64,000 nt of DNA from Gammaproteobacteria bacterium. GTDB lineage: Bacteria > Pseudomonadota > Gammaproteobacteria > Steroidobacterales > Steroidobacteraceae. Below, piece by piece: positions 37,972 through 47,912 of the stretch; the stretch's first letter is position 1, and each line of letters starts with the position of its first letter. The stretch is from positions 2,621 through 66,620 of the forward strand of contig JAYVYN010000024.1 of assembly GCA_043784265.1 (NCBI GenBank), in the 5' to 3' direction. A program made the position numbers and the translations under genes. The notes below the pieces were generated by a model. The model was not told where the DNA came from. It ran no database searches and worked only from the letters and a program-made list of their open reading frames with translations.

Positions 37972-38600
37972 GAGACCAATGACGCGTTTTCGAGGATTGG
38001 ATCAGTAGCGCCCTCACTTGAGCGTAAGGTGAACGCACGCATTGATCCTGGTGGCACTTCGATGTGGCGATACGTGGGCCTTGGCTCGCTGCAGTCTTGA
38101 ACGGCCAAGCGGATTAGGCCGGTATGGGTCACGAGCAGCGTGGTGAATCCCGCCTGGCCTGTCGATTGCGCGAGATCACGTAGTACAGCGCGTAGTCTAT
38201 TGCGTGCCTCCTGTAGCGTCTCGCCACCGGGAAAGCGCACCGTGTCAGGCTCGGTTTTCCAGGTTTGTAATATTGCGGGCCAATAACGTTTCACCTCAAC
38301 CTGGGTCAGACCTTCCCAGGTGCCAAAGTTAACTTCGGTCAGGCGCGAGTCGATTTTAATGAGGTGAATAGCGAGTTTGTGAGCAATGATCTGCGCTGTT
38401 TCTTGCGCCCGCAGCAGCGGGCTGGTAATGATTGAGCGAATCCCACGGCCCAATAATTGGCTGGCCAGAGTGGCACATTCGAGTTTGCCGATCTCGCACA
38501 GTGGCGGGTCACTGTGCCCTTGATAGCGGCCGGCCAAGTTCCAGGCTGTCTGACCATGGCGCGCTAGAATCAGAGTTCGTTCGAGGGCTAGATTATTCAT
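37968..38600 (-). CDS. Histidine phosphatase family protein (phosphoglycerate-mutase-like)
   Basis: RHGQTAWN catalytic motif and a second His in LLVTHTG. The stop overlaps the receptor start by 4 nt. Confidence 0.85.
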   Translation of the reverse strand: MNNLALERTLILARHGQTAWNLAGRYQGHSDPPLCEIGKLECATLASQLLGRGIRSIITSPLLRAQETAQIIAHKLAIHLIKIDSRLTEVNFGTWEGLTQVEVKRYWPAILQTWKTEPDTVRFPGGETLQEARNRLRAVLRDLAQSTGQAGFTTLLVTHTGLIRLAVQDCSEPRPTYRHIEVPPGSMRAFTLRSSEGATDPILENASLVS

Positions 38601-40422
38601 TGACTAATCTAAGGGCAGGACGTTCCGGATGTTCACGGGAGGCACGCCACAGGGAGGCGTAAACTGCGCCGCTCGCGAGTAGTTCGGTGTGCCGGCCCCG
38701 TTCTATCACACGCCCCTTTTCAAGCACCAAAATTAAATCTGCATTCATAACAGTGGTCAACCGGTGGGCGATTACTATGGTAGTGCGATTCACCGCGAGC
38801 TGGCGCAAGGCGCGCATTAGGCGATGCTCGGTGGTAGCGTCTAGGCTGCTACTCGGTTCGTCGAGAATTATGATCGGTGCGACACCCAGCATTGCTCGGG
38901 CCACCGCGATACATTGGCGTTGGCCTCCGGAGAGATTTTTACCCCCTTCGGCAATTTGGGTATTAATGCCACCGGGTAGACGTTCGAATACATCGTCAAC
39001 CCCAATAGCACGTGCTGCCGCAATGGCGTCTGCACGCCGTGCCCCCGCCCTGCCATAGGCGATGTTCTCCCAAATGCTCGCGCGAAATAATAGCGGCTCT
39101 TGTGATACGAGGGCTATGTGTTGACGCAGGTACGCAAGGGGCAGCGTACTGATATCGCGTCCGTCCAAAAAAATATTACCCTGGGTCGGATTATAGAAGC
39201 GGGGAATTAAACTGGCGAGAGTGCTTTTGCCGGATCCAGTTTGGCCCACCAGCGCCACCGTTGCGCCTGGTTCTATCAGCGCCGAAATATCATGGAGGAT
39301 TGGCGCGTCAGGCTGGTAGCCGAAGCTGACATTTTTGATTCTAAGATGGCCGGAGCAACTGGTGGGGACTAGCGGCCGGACACATTCCACTACGCTAGGC
39401 CGCTCCGCTCGGCATTCGCCGATACGTTCCAGTGCAATAATCGAGCGACCGAATACGCGCCCGGTTTTCGCCAATTGGCGTGCCGGCGCCGCCATTGCGG
39501 CTAGGTAGGCCAGAAAAATTAAGAGCTCGCCGGGGGTGAGATTGCCCTGAATGACCGTATTAGCGCCATACCATGCAATCAATCCGGTGGCAGCGGCAAT
39601 GGCGAGGCTGATGACGGGGCCGAATTGAGCCTGAATCTCGTTAGCGGCCATATTCTCTGCTACGCTTTTTTCCGCGCTTGCTCGATAACGAGTTTCCTCA
39701 TAGTCCTCACGGACAAAAGCTTGTACGACCTGCACATTGCGCAATACCTCTTGCGCCTGAGCGGCCAGGGCGCTTTCGTGTTCACGGACGCGGCGTAACG
39801 AATTGCGCAGCCGATTCGAGTAATAGCGCGCAATAAAAATAAGTAGCGGTGCTACCACCACAGCCACAATCGCAAAGTGCCAGTCAATCAACAGCATGAC
39901 GGTTGCCATACCGAAAAGCGTCAGCGCATGGGGCATGAGGTCAATGCCGATAGCGGCAATAAAATCCTGTATTTGTCGCACGTCGTTGCCAAGCCGCTCG
40001 ATGATTTCATTGCCATGATTGCGGCGGTGAAAGTCCAGTGACAGTCTTTGCAAGTGAGCGAACAGGTCAAAGCGAATGCTCGCAACCACTCTTTGCCCCG
40101 CATTCAACAGTAGGCGGTTACCGCAATAAACTAAGAGCGCGTCTGCTAAGCCTAAGCTCAGCATTGCCAAGCTAAGAAAATTCAAAAGATCTAGTTGGTG
40201 ATGAAGGGGGTCTGGCAGAAATTGTGCGAGCCTAGGACTAAGCTTGCGTTGAAAGATAACATTGTCAATGATGCACTTGAGCGGCCAGGGCAATAGGAGC
40301 AACACTCCCGCGCGGGCCACCATCGTCATTACGCCTACGCTGAGAGCTCGCCACTCAACTAGCAAATATGACGATAGCCAACCGCGCGGCGCCGTCTGAG
40401 AGGGGGGCATATAAGGGGTCAC
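38593..40422 (-). CDS. ABC exporter, fused permease/ATPase (MsbA/NdvA-like type I half-transporter)
   Basis: Six-transmembrane-segment domain, Walker A GQTGSGKST, signature LSGGQRQ and Walker B IIILDEPSS. Confidence 0.9.
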   Translation of the reverse strand: MTPYMPPSQTAPRGWLSSYLLVEWRALSVGVMTMVARAGVLLLLPWPLKCIIDNVIFQRKLSPRLAQFLPDPLHHQLDLLNFLSLAMLSLGLADALLVYCGNRLLLNAGQRVVASIRFDLFAHLQRLSLDFHRRNHGNEIIERLGNDVRQIQDFIAAIGIDLMPHALTLFGMATVMLLIDWHFAIVAVVVAPLLIFIARYYSNRLRNSLRRVREHESALAAQAQEVLRNVQVVQAFVREDYEETRYRASAEKSVAENMAANEIQAQFGPVISLAIAAATGLIAWYGANTVIQGNLTPGELLIFLAYLAAMAAPARQLAKTGRVFGRSIIALERIGECRAERPSVVECVRPLVPTSCSGHLRIKNVSFGYQPDAPILHDISALIEPGATVALVGQTGSGKSTLASLIPRFYNPTQGNIFLDGRDISTLPLAYLRQHIALVSQEPLLFRASIWENIAYGRAGARRADAIAAARAIGVDDVFERLPGGINTQIAEGGKNLSGGQRQCIAVARAMLGVAPIIILDEPSSSLDATTEHRLMRALRQLAVNRTTIVIAHRLTTVMNADLILVLEKGRVIERGRHTELLASGAVYASLWRASREHPERPALRLVNE

Positions 40423-41669
40423 CCGGTGCGCTCCAGAGCATTACTGCTGGGAACTAATTCGAGTATCTTCGCGACGGTGGCGGTCCAGCTTCGCGTGCTG
40501 GCGGAATTACGCGCCGCTACACTCATCTTTTGGCGTAGTAGTTGATCGTCAATCAAGGTCGACAGCGCTAATACTAGATCATTGGCATCACCCGCTTCAA
40601 ACAAGAGGCCGGTTTTGCCGTCGGCCACGAGTTCCGGAATTTGCCCAATGCGGGGTGCGATAACAGGACGACCGGCAGCTAATGATTCGACAATCTTCAT
40701 GGGTGAGAAGTAGAAATCGGGCTGCGGTAGATAAGGGGCTACCGTCAGATCCATGGCGGCCAACCAAGTAGGAATATCGGCATGCGCTACTCGACCGGGG
40801 AGCAGTACTTTATCCACTAAGTCCGCTTCGCTGGCGCGCGCACGCGCTAGCGCAAGTTCTGGACCGTCGCCGACCGCCAGTAGCCTTAAGTTGGGACGGT
40901 GAGTCGCCACAGCCGCAAAAACGTCTAGCAATAGCGTCACCCCATGCCACGGCTTGAAGCTGCCGATAAATCCCACCACCGGGCCAGTAGTTGGCGCGAA
41001 TGGGTGTGGAATAACTGTTTTGCACGCAGTCTTATTAAATGCTGCCAGGTCAACTCCGTTCGGAATCACGCGCAATTTAGTCGAGTTGCCGATAACGCTC
41101 TGCACATGGGTCGCGACCGCGTCAGAAACCGCAATGATGCCGCCCGCTGAGTGATACGAATATGCTTGCGCCGTCAGCGCGGCTTTCGCCAGCCGTAGGC
41201 CACGATATTTGGCTTGCTCATCAATGAGCGGAGCGTTGACCTCTAAAAAGCGGGGAACCCCGAGTTGCGCAGCAATGTGTACGCCTGACTGGTGGAAGAG
41301 GGCGTGTCGTTCGTACACCAAATCGGGTCGAAATTGAATCGCTGACAATTCGTGCAACAGCTGGGCTGCGAATAAACGGTCGGTTACAATTCGGTCAAGT
41401 TCGCGGCGTAGAATTGGGTCATCAAGGTCGCTAAGTGGCAAGCCTTGTGCTATACACTCAAGCGAAGTCGCAGTCCCATCAACGGCTATTTTTAGTTGAA
41501 TGAGGTGCGCCGCAGGCGCGGGGTTGCCTGCGCCTAAAGCGGTACACGCGAGTACTACTTCGTGACCAAGCGCCACCGCAGCATTAATGAATGAGCGTAC
41601 ATGTACGGAGGCGCCCTTGTCCCCTAGAACCGGTATGCCGCGATCGAAATTAATATAAAGAATTTTCAT
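40419..41669 (-). CDS. Glycosyltransferase family 4 (GT-B)
   Basis: N-terminus GDKGASVHVRSF and a C-terminal E-x7-E region (ESLAAGRPVIAPRIGQIPELV). Confidence 0.85.
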   Translation of the reverse strand: MKILYINFDRGIPVLGDKGASVHVRSFINAAVALGHEVVLACTALGAGNPAPAAHLIQLKIAVDGTATSLECIAQGLPLSDLDDPILRRELDRIVTDRLFAAQLLHELSAIQFRPDLVYERHALFHQSGVHIAAQLGVPRFLEVNAPLIDEQAKYRGLRLAKAALTAQAYSYHSAGGIIAVSDAVATHVQSVIGNSTKLRVIPNGVDLAAFNKTACKTVIPHPFAPTTGPVVGFIGSFKPWHGVTLLLDVFAAVATHRPNLRLLAVGDGPELALARARASEADLVDKVLLPGRVAHADIPTWLAAMDLTVAPYLPQPDFYFSPMKIVESLAAGRPVIAPRIGQIPELVADGKTGLLFEAGDANDLVLALSTLIDDQLLRQKMSVAARNSASTRSWTATVAKILELVPSSNALERTG

Positions 41670-42952
41670 GTGGGCCCTGCTACCGTCGCGCCAAACGGTT
41701 CACTACAGTCAGTGCATCCCATCAATGCATGCAATTTAACGGTGGTCTTCAGATAGTTAAAATCGGCCTTAAGCGTGGTGCGGGCTGACTTGGCTAATGA
41801 GGCCGCAATAGCGGGGGCGTTAAGCAACTGGGCAATGGCGGCGGCTAGTGCGGTAGCATCGTTTGGCGGCACCAGTAAGCCTGTGGACTCATGTCTGACA
41901 AGCTCAGGAATTCCAGAGACTTCCGTTGACACCACCGGCACACCAGCAGCCATAGCCTCAGCGATAACATTCGGGATACCGTCGCGATCACCATTGGCAA
42001 CGATTCGCGGCGCCAGCGCAAAAAGGTCAGCCTCACCATAAAGGTTGACTAGCTCTGCATGCGTCATAGCCCCAACTAACGAGACTACTTTCTCTACACC
42101 ACGCTTAGCGATGTCATCGGTCAGTTCCTGAAAGAGCGGACCGTCTCCCACTATTTGACAGCTAATTTCATAGCCTGAGTCGTGCAGAATCTGGCACGCC
42201 GCGATAAGATCATCATGCCCTTTCTTTGGCACCAATCGTCCCACGGATAAAATCTTAAATGCCGATTCTTTTCGGGGTACCCGCACGGGCTGGGTGTTAA
42301 ACAAGTTCAGATCAATGCCATGGTAGACCAGATGGATTTTATTTTGCTCACTCACCTCTACTAAGTCACGTAGATAGCGTGCGTTGTAGCCAGTACAGGT
42401 CGTGATAAACGTAGCGGCGCGTACCCGTTGACGGATGACGCACTTGGGCGTTAGGTATAAGTCTTTAGCATGCGCGGTTACGCTAAAAGGTATGCCGCTC
42501 ATTAGGCTGGCAAAATGCACCACGACGGCAGGGTCATTGGCGAAGTGGGCATGAATGTGCCGTATGCCCATTTTTTGACAGGCATCGGCAATAAAGCCCG
42601 CGCGCACGAACTGTTTCCAGACGCTCAGTGGTGAGCTTCCGCTGAAAGACCACAGGATGGCTTTCCCAAAAGCGGTCAAGTAGCGCAGCGGCGCTTGGCG
42701 AATGAGTGCGCAATGAGCTGTAGTTAAGGTTGCCGCCTTCGCTAACATCTGCGGCGGCAGCGCGTGCACAGTGGCCTGTACCTCATGGACCATCGGATGA
42801 TGTGGCGGCGGTTCAGGTTGGAGGAGAGAAAATATATTTATCTTAGCGCCAAGGCGCTCCATCGCCCGAATTTCATTTAGGATGAAGGTCTCGCTTAGCC
42901 GCGGATAACGCTTCATGACATAGGCTATCGGTGCTGAACTACGCGCCGTCAT
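41666..42952 (-). CDS. Glycosyltransferase family 4 (WcaL-like N-terminus)
   Basis: KRYPRLSETFILNEI N-terminus, and GIPNVIAEAMAAGVPVVSTEVSGIPELV. Confidence 0.85.
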   Translation of the reverse strand: MTARSSAPIAYVMKRYPRLSETFILNEIRAMERLGAKINIFSLLQPEPPPHHPMVHEVQATVHALPPQMLAKAATLTTAHCALIRQAPLRYLTAFGKAILWSFSGSSPLSVWKQFVRAGFIADACQKMGIRHIHAHFANDPAVVVHFASLMSGIPFSVTAHAKDLYLTPKCVIRQRVRAATFITTCTGYNARYLRDLVEVSEQNKIHLVYHGIDLNLFNTQPVRVPRKESAFKILSVGRLVPKKGHDDLIAACQILHDSGYEISCQIVGDGPLFQELTDDIAKRGVEKVVSLVGAMTHAELVNLYGEADLFALAPRIVANGDRDGIPNVIAEAMAAGVPVVSTEVSGIPELVRHESTGLLVPPNDATALAAAIAQLLNAPAIAASLAKSARTTLKADFNYLKTTVKLHALMGCTDCSEPFGATVAGPT

Positions 42953-44259
42953 GCCGCATTTTCCTGTGAGACACGCGCCATGTAGGATAAATGTTCTGCG
43001 ACGCGCTGTACACCGTTCAACTCAAGAGAAGAACCTCCATGAGTCGGTGGTGGTTCGCTGCACGCCATTAATAACTGGCCCGCCAGGTCAGCAACCAGGT
43101 TGGGGCCGGGCTCTACACTGCGAACCATCCCCAAGCGCTTTAATAACTGGGCACGAATTCGCTGCTCGGCGCGCGGTGCCGCCCGCGGCACCAGAATAGC
43201 CCGACACCGGGCCGCAACGACTTCGGCACTGGTATTGTAACCGGCCATCGCCACCACTAGAAACGCCGCCTCTAAGCTTGGTACTAAGTTGGTGGTGTGA
43301 TCGACGAGTTCGACGTCGATACGATTAGCTGCCAACAAGTGCAGCTTAGCCTTTTGGTCCTCCGCCATCAGCGGCCCGGTCACAATGACGGAGTAGTATT
43401 GGGGCGAGGGCGTCACCGGATGCGCGCGTAGGAAGGCATCCATGAGAAAAAACCCGTCGCCTCCGCCTCCGGCGGTCACCAGGATGACCGGCCGTTCGGC
43501 GGCGCGGGAGCGATTCCAGCATACAGCATCGAGGTGCCGCGACTGGGGTTGATCGTGACAATCAGCGGCCGCGACGACATAGCCGCAGTAACGTACTCGA
43601 TTGGCAATCTTGCCGGTTAGTCCATACTCCTGAGCCACGTCGATTAGGGCTTGGCTACCGTAAACTAGTATCTCATCATAGGCATGTTCGAGTAGGCTAT
43701 GAATTTCCTGTTCGAGCCAAACTGCCTTGACAACCTCTGGGCTGTCGAGAATATCGCGTAAGCCCAGCACGGTCCGCATATTCGGAAATTCGCGGCGGAT
43801 CAGGGCGAGCGTCGACAGCAACTCGCCGTTCATTCCTGCGGGCGCATGGTCCACCAGAAACACATCGGGTCGGAATCGCATGACGGTTTTCAGAATCAGC
43901 GCTTCGCGATAACCTTTTACCAGGCCAAATAACTGCCCAGCATCGCGGGCCGCATAACGCTCGGCGCCGGTTTTGACCACGGGCGGTAGTGATTGGACCG
44001 AGAGACCCTCCGGCAAGGCCCATTGCCTAATGACAGGCGAGCCTGTTAACAGGCACACGGAGAACTGATTTGAGTGGTTGAGTAAGCCCGTGGCAATAGC
44101 CAAGTTTCGTCGCAGGTGTCCGAGACCAAAGGTATCGTGCGAATACAAGAGGACTTTGATTTTTCCATTCGAGTCAGGGCTCGTGTCGCCAAAATCAGAC
44201 GCCCAGCTTATTGCGCGATCGGTTCCGTTGCTCGCCGTACTTTCCAGAACTTTATACAT
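42949..44259 (-). CDS. Predicted GT-B glycosyltransferase (MurG/GT28-like, COG4671-type as recalled)
   Basis: VLLYSHDTFGLGHLRRNLAIA N-terminus and C-terminal MAGYNTSAEV. First gene of the overlapped operon. Confidence 0.6.
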   Translation of the reverse strand: MYKVLESTASNGTDRAISWASDFGDTSPDSNGKIKVLLYSHDTFGLGHLRRNLAIATGLLNHSNQFSVCLLTGSPVIRQWALPEGLSVQSLPPVVKTGAERYAARDAGQLFGLVKGYREALILKTVMRFRPDVFLVDHAPAGMNGELLSTLALIRREFPNMRTVLGLRDILDSPEVVKAVWLEQEIHSLLEHAYDEILVYGSQALIDVAQEYGLTGKIANRVRYCGYVVAAADCHDQPQSRHLDAVCWNRSRAAERPVILVTAGGGGDGFFLMDAFLRAHPVTPSPQYYSVIVTGPLMAEDQKAKLHLLAANRIDVELVDHTTNLVPSLEAAFLVVAMAGYNTSAEVVAARCRAILVPRAAPRAEQRIRAQLLKRLGMVRSVEPGPNLVADLAGQLLMACSEPPPTHGGSSLELNGVQRVAEHLSYMARVSQENAA

Positions 44260-44513
44260 CTGAATGCCTCCGTTTTATCTCAACCTTTTGCGCCGTCCAG
44301 TAGCTGAGACTGTTTAGCAGTTGATAATCAATCGCCAAATACTTGCCAAGGTTCATTACGCCAGTGCAGCAAGCACCGTATGGCGTTACCGCATGTGACT
44401 AAGATGAATGACACCTTAATAAAAAAATAAAATTATCAGGGGTACTTATTGACGAATTCTGGGTGGCTTTTGTACTAGGCTAAGAAGGCGTTGTACTTTT
44501 ATCGAGAATTTTT

Positions 44514-45842
44514 ATGAAGCTCACAATTATTGGCAGCGGCTATGTTGGTCTGGTCACGGGTGCGTGTCTCGCAGATGTTGGAAACGATGTACTGTGTATT
44601 GATGTCAATCTCGAAAAGATTGCGCAGTTAAACGCTGGACAGGTCCCTATTCACGAACCAGGTCTAAGTGAGGTCGTAGCCAGAAATCGTGCGGCCGGTC
44701 GGATGGAGTTTACTGCTGACTATGAACGCGCGGTCGCGCATGCTGATCTATTCGTCATTGCGGTTGGCACGCCTACCGATGAGGATGGCTCCGCAGATAT
44801 ACGCCATGTCGAGGCGGCCGCCCGTGAATTAGGTCGACGCCTAATTCGACAGTCTTTGGTGGTGATTAAATCAACGGTACCCGTAGGAACTCACGAGATT
44901 GTGGCGCATGCCATTAAGGAAGAGCTTGCTAAACGGCAGTTGCAAATTCATGTTGCGGTTGCCTCAAATCCAGAATTTCTAAAAGAGGGTGCGGCAGTCG
45001 CGGATTTCATGCAGCCGGATCGAATTGTCATTGGTACCGATGATGCGGAAGCGATCCGTACCTTAACAACGTTGTACGCTCCCTTCAATCGTAAACGCGA
45101 CCGTCTGATGGTGCTGGATGCCAGATCGTCGGAACTGTCTAAGTATGCGGCCAATGCCATGTTGGCGACGCGCATTTCCTTCATGAATGAACTGGCGCGA
45201 CTCGCTGAGAAACTGGGTGCAGATATTGAGAGCGTGCGTCATGCCATGGGTGCAGATCCGCGTATTGGTCCGAGCTTTCTCTATGCCGGCGCAGGTTACG
45301 GTGGTTCATGCTTCCCAAAAGATGTGCGCGCACTTTTGGCAATGGCACGGGAGCATATGTTGCCCGCCAGATTGTTGTCAGCAGTGCATGAAGTCAATGA
45401 AGAGCAGAAACACATATTGACGCAAAAGCTTAGAGCGGCACTTGATGGAAACCTGCGTGATCAGGTGATCGCTGTTTGGGGCATCACCTTTAAGCCAAAT
45501 ACCGATGATGTCCGCGAAGCGTCCAGTTTGGTACTCATTAGAAATACGGTAGCAGCCGGCGCCCTGATTCAGGCGTACGACCCGGAGGGTATGGCCATGG
45601 CGAGGGTGGCGCTCGCTGATTTACAGGGCAAGGTAGTGTTTTGCAAGACTGCTGAAGAGGCCTGTGTAGGCGCTGATGCGTTAGTGGTGGTCACCGAGTG
45701 GTTGGAGTTTCGCAGTCCAGATTTTAATTGGCTTGCTGGCCAGTTGCGCGCTCGCGTGCTAATCGACGGACGTAACCTTTATGACCCAACGGTAGCGCGT
45801 AGTGCGGGGTTACACTATGTCGGGATAGGCCGCAGTGTATAA
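44514..45842 (+). CDS. ugd: UDP-glucose 6-dehydrogenase
   Basis: MKLTIIGSGYVGLVTGACLA, GGSCFPKD catalytic Cys, and length ~440 aa. Confidence 0.92.
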   Translation: MKLTIIGSGYVGLVTGACLADVGNDVLCIDVNLEKIAQLNAGQVPIHEPGLSEVVARNRAAGRMEFTADYERAVAHADLFVIAVGTPTDEDGSADIRHVEAAARELGRRLIRQSLVVIKSTVPVGTHEIVAHAIKEELAKRQLQIHVAVASNPEFLKEGAAVADFMQPDRIVIGTDDAEAIRTLTTLYAPFNRKRDRLMVLDARSSELSKYAANAMLATRISFMNELARLAEKLGADIESVRHAMGADPRIGPSFLYAGAGYGGSCFPKDVRALLAMAREHMLPARLLSAVHEVNEEQKHILTQKLRAALDGNLRDQVIAVWGITFKPNTDDVREASSLVLIRNTVAAGALIQAYDPEGMAMARVALADLQGKVVFCKTAEEACVGADALVVVTEWLEFRSPDFNWLAGQLRARVLIDGRNLYDPTVARSAGLHYVGIGRSV

Positions 45843-46262
45843 ACAGTCGCGCCGATAACGTATGCGATGCTCGGTCTAGGCAAACGGGGCGATGCTGTCA
45901 ACGCCGCGGCGCAGACGGCGTCGGATATCGGCAAAGCAATGCAAGGGGCGGGCAACCCATTCGAGTCATTGGCGAAGGCGCTGAACCAAGCAACCGACAA
46001 ATCAAAAAGCAAATCCCCGCAGGATTCAGAGTAGACGGCGAAGCAAGCGCCGGCCGATGATTACCCGGGTCCATGGGACCAAGCTGCATTCGCTTTTCCC
46101 GAATTCCTCGCTGTCAAGAAAAATGTTCTGGTGCGCGTGGACGCAGATGGACCGCTAAAATCGGTCAAAAATTCGCTGCCAAAGCGATGGAGAAGATCTG
46201 ATTAAAGGTCACGAGTTGATCGGGCAAGGAATAGGCGTCGTCTACACCTATCCGCTAAAGCC

Positions 46263-47912
46263 TTAAGGGACGAACGGTGCCGGTACGGTCCCCGCTGCGT
46301 TGCGACGCCGCCTGCGAGGTGTCAGAGCATTTGAATCTACGCTCGGGTTGAGCGAACTGCCCTTCGGTGGAATCAACATGGGCGGGGTAGTCGCGGGCGC
46401 GGGTGTGCTCGCTCGATGACCCGGGCGCTCGTGATTGCTTTGGGCGTGTTCAACTCTCGGCGCACCGGTACCGGAAGTGGTGCGCCCGGTACCTGCTGGG
46501 TTGCCGGCCGATTGATTGTTGCCCGAGCGATTGGCGCTGTTGGAGGGACGAGGGCCGCTGGCCGAACGAGCGCTGTTAGCAGGTCCGCTAGGCCGGGTGC
46601 CGGTTCGAGCACCGGAGCGGGGCGGGGGCCTTGGGCCAGAGGACCTACCGCCTGAGGATCTACCACTTGAGGATCTGCCCTGAGATTGCCCCTGCCTGGG
46701 CGCACGTTCGCGCCATTCGGCGGGCGGGGGTGCTGTCACTTGCGCTAAATCTGCGGGATCGATGCTTGCGCGCGGGATTTGATGACCGATGTATTTTTCA
46801 ATATCGGGCAAGGAGATGGCATATTCCTCGCAGCCGAAACTAATGGCGTCGCCGTCGGTTCCGGCACGCGCCGTGCGACCGATACGGTGTACATAGTCTT
46901 CGGCGTCGTTCGGTAGATCGAAGTTAAAGACGTGGCTCACGTCGGGAATATGCAGCCCGCGCGAGGCCACATCGGTGGCGATCAATACCGCAACCTCTCC
47001 GCTATGAAAATCACGCATCATTTTGAGTCGCTTATTTTGCGGCACGTCGCCGGACAGTGCTTGAGCCACGAAGCCGTTAGCGGTCAGCGTCCGCTCTAGA
47101 ACTTCAGCAATACGACGGGTATTAACGAATACCATCGTGCGGGTAGCGCCGATGCGTCGCAGCAGACCCATCAGCAAAGGGATTTTTTCTTCTGTCGACG
47201 GAAAATACAGCACTTGCCGCACTAGATCAGCGGTCATTTTATCTGGTTCAATGCGAATTAACGTGGGGTTATTCATATGCTCGTAGGCTAGTTCGAGCAC
47301 GCGATGCGAGAGAGTAGCCGAGAACATCATGTTGAGGCGCAATTCGGGATGCGGTAAACGCCTCAATATAAAGCGAATGTCTTTGATGAAGCCTAAGTCA
47401 AACATGCGATCGGCTTCGTCCATCACGGCTACTTGGATATATCGGAGGTCAAACACCTGTTGTTTAAAATAGTCGATGATTCGTCCGGGGGTGCCGATCA
47501 GCACGTCGACGCCCTCTTCGAGGATCCGTCGTTGTTTATCGTAGTCCACGCCGCCGAACACGATGGCCATTTTCAGGTCGGTATATTTGCCGATGCCCAA
47601 CGCGTCGGAGTGGATCTGGACGGCGAGTTCGCGCGTCGGAGCGATGATAATGGCGCGCGGCGCTTGACGGGGTTTGTTGGCGGGCGGCGCTGCGGTTAAT
47701 AGGCGATTGAAGAGCGCAATCAGGAAAGCGGCGGTTTTGCCGGTTCCCGTTTGCGCCTGACCCGCCACATCTTGGCCGCTGAGGGCTAGGGGGAGGGTTT
47801 GGGCCTGAATGGGCGTACAGCGGGAATAGCCCAATTCGGCAATACCTCGCTTCACGGATTCGGGGATGTTTAGGGAGGAGAAGGTAAGCTGGGTAAGGTG
47901 GGCTTCGGACAT
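46263..47912 (-). CDS. rhlB: ATP-dependent RNA helicase RhlB with a ~150-aa low-complexity C-terminal extension
   Basis: Collinear with E. coli RhlB ([25 protein letters not shown]) and divergent from trxA as in E. coli. The tail is R/G/S/P/N-rich (46263-46712). Confidence 0.85.
   Translation of the reverse strand: MSEAHLTQLTFSSLNIPESVKRGIAELGYSRCTPIQAQTLPLALSGQDVAGQAQTGTGKTAAFLIALFNRLLTAAPPANKPRQAPRAIIIAPTRELAVQIHSDALGIGKYTDLKMAIVFGGVDYDKQRRILEEGVDVLIGTPGRIIDYFKQQVFDLRYIQVAVMDEADRMFDLGFIKDIRFILRRLPHPELRLNMMFSATLSHRVLELAYEHMNNPTLIRIEPDKMTADLVRQVLYFPSTEEKIPLLMGLLRRIGATRTMVFVNTRRIAEVLERTLTANGFVAQALSGDVPQNKRLKMMRDFHSGEVAVLIATDVASRGLHIPDVSHVFNFDLPNDAEDYVHRIGRTARAGTDGDAISFGCEEYAISLPDIEKYIGHQIPRASIDPADLAQVTAPPPAEWRERAPRQGQSQGRSSSGRSSGGRSSGPRPPPRSGARTGTRPSGPANSARSASGPRPSNSANRSGNNQSAGNPAGTGRTTSGTGAPRVEHAQSNHERPGHRASTPAPATTPPMLIPPKGSSLNPSVDSNALTPRRRRRNAAGTVPAPFVP

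Noticed and set aside
44449-44478. Possible sigma70 promoter for ugd (TTGACG, 17-18 nt spacer, TACTAG)
   Set aside because: The -35 hexamer is good, but the -10 candidate matches only 3 of 6 positions. I cannot support it without TSS data.
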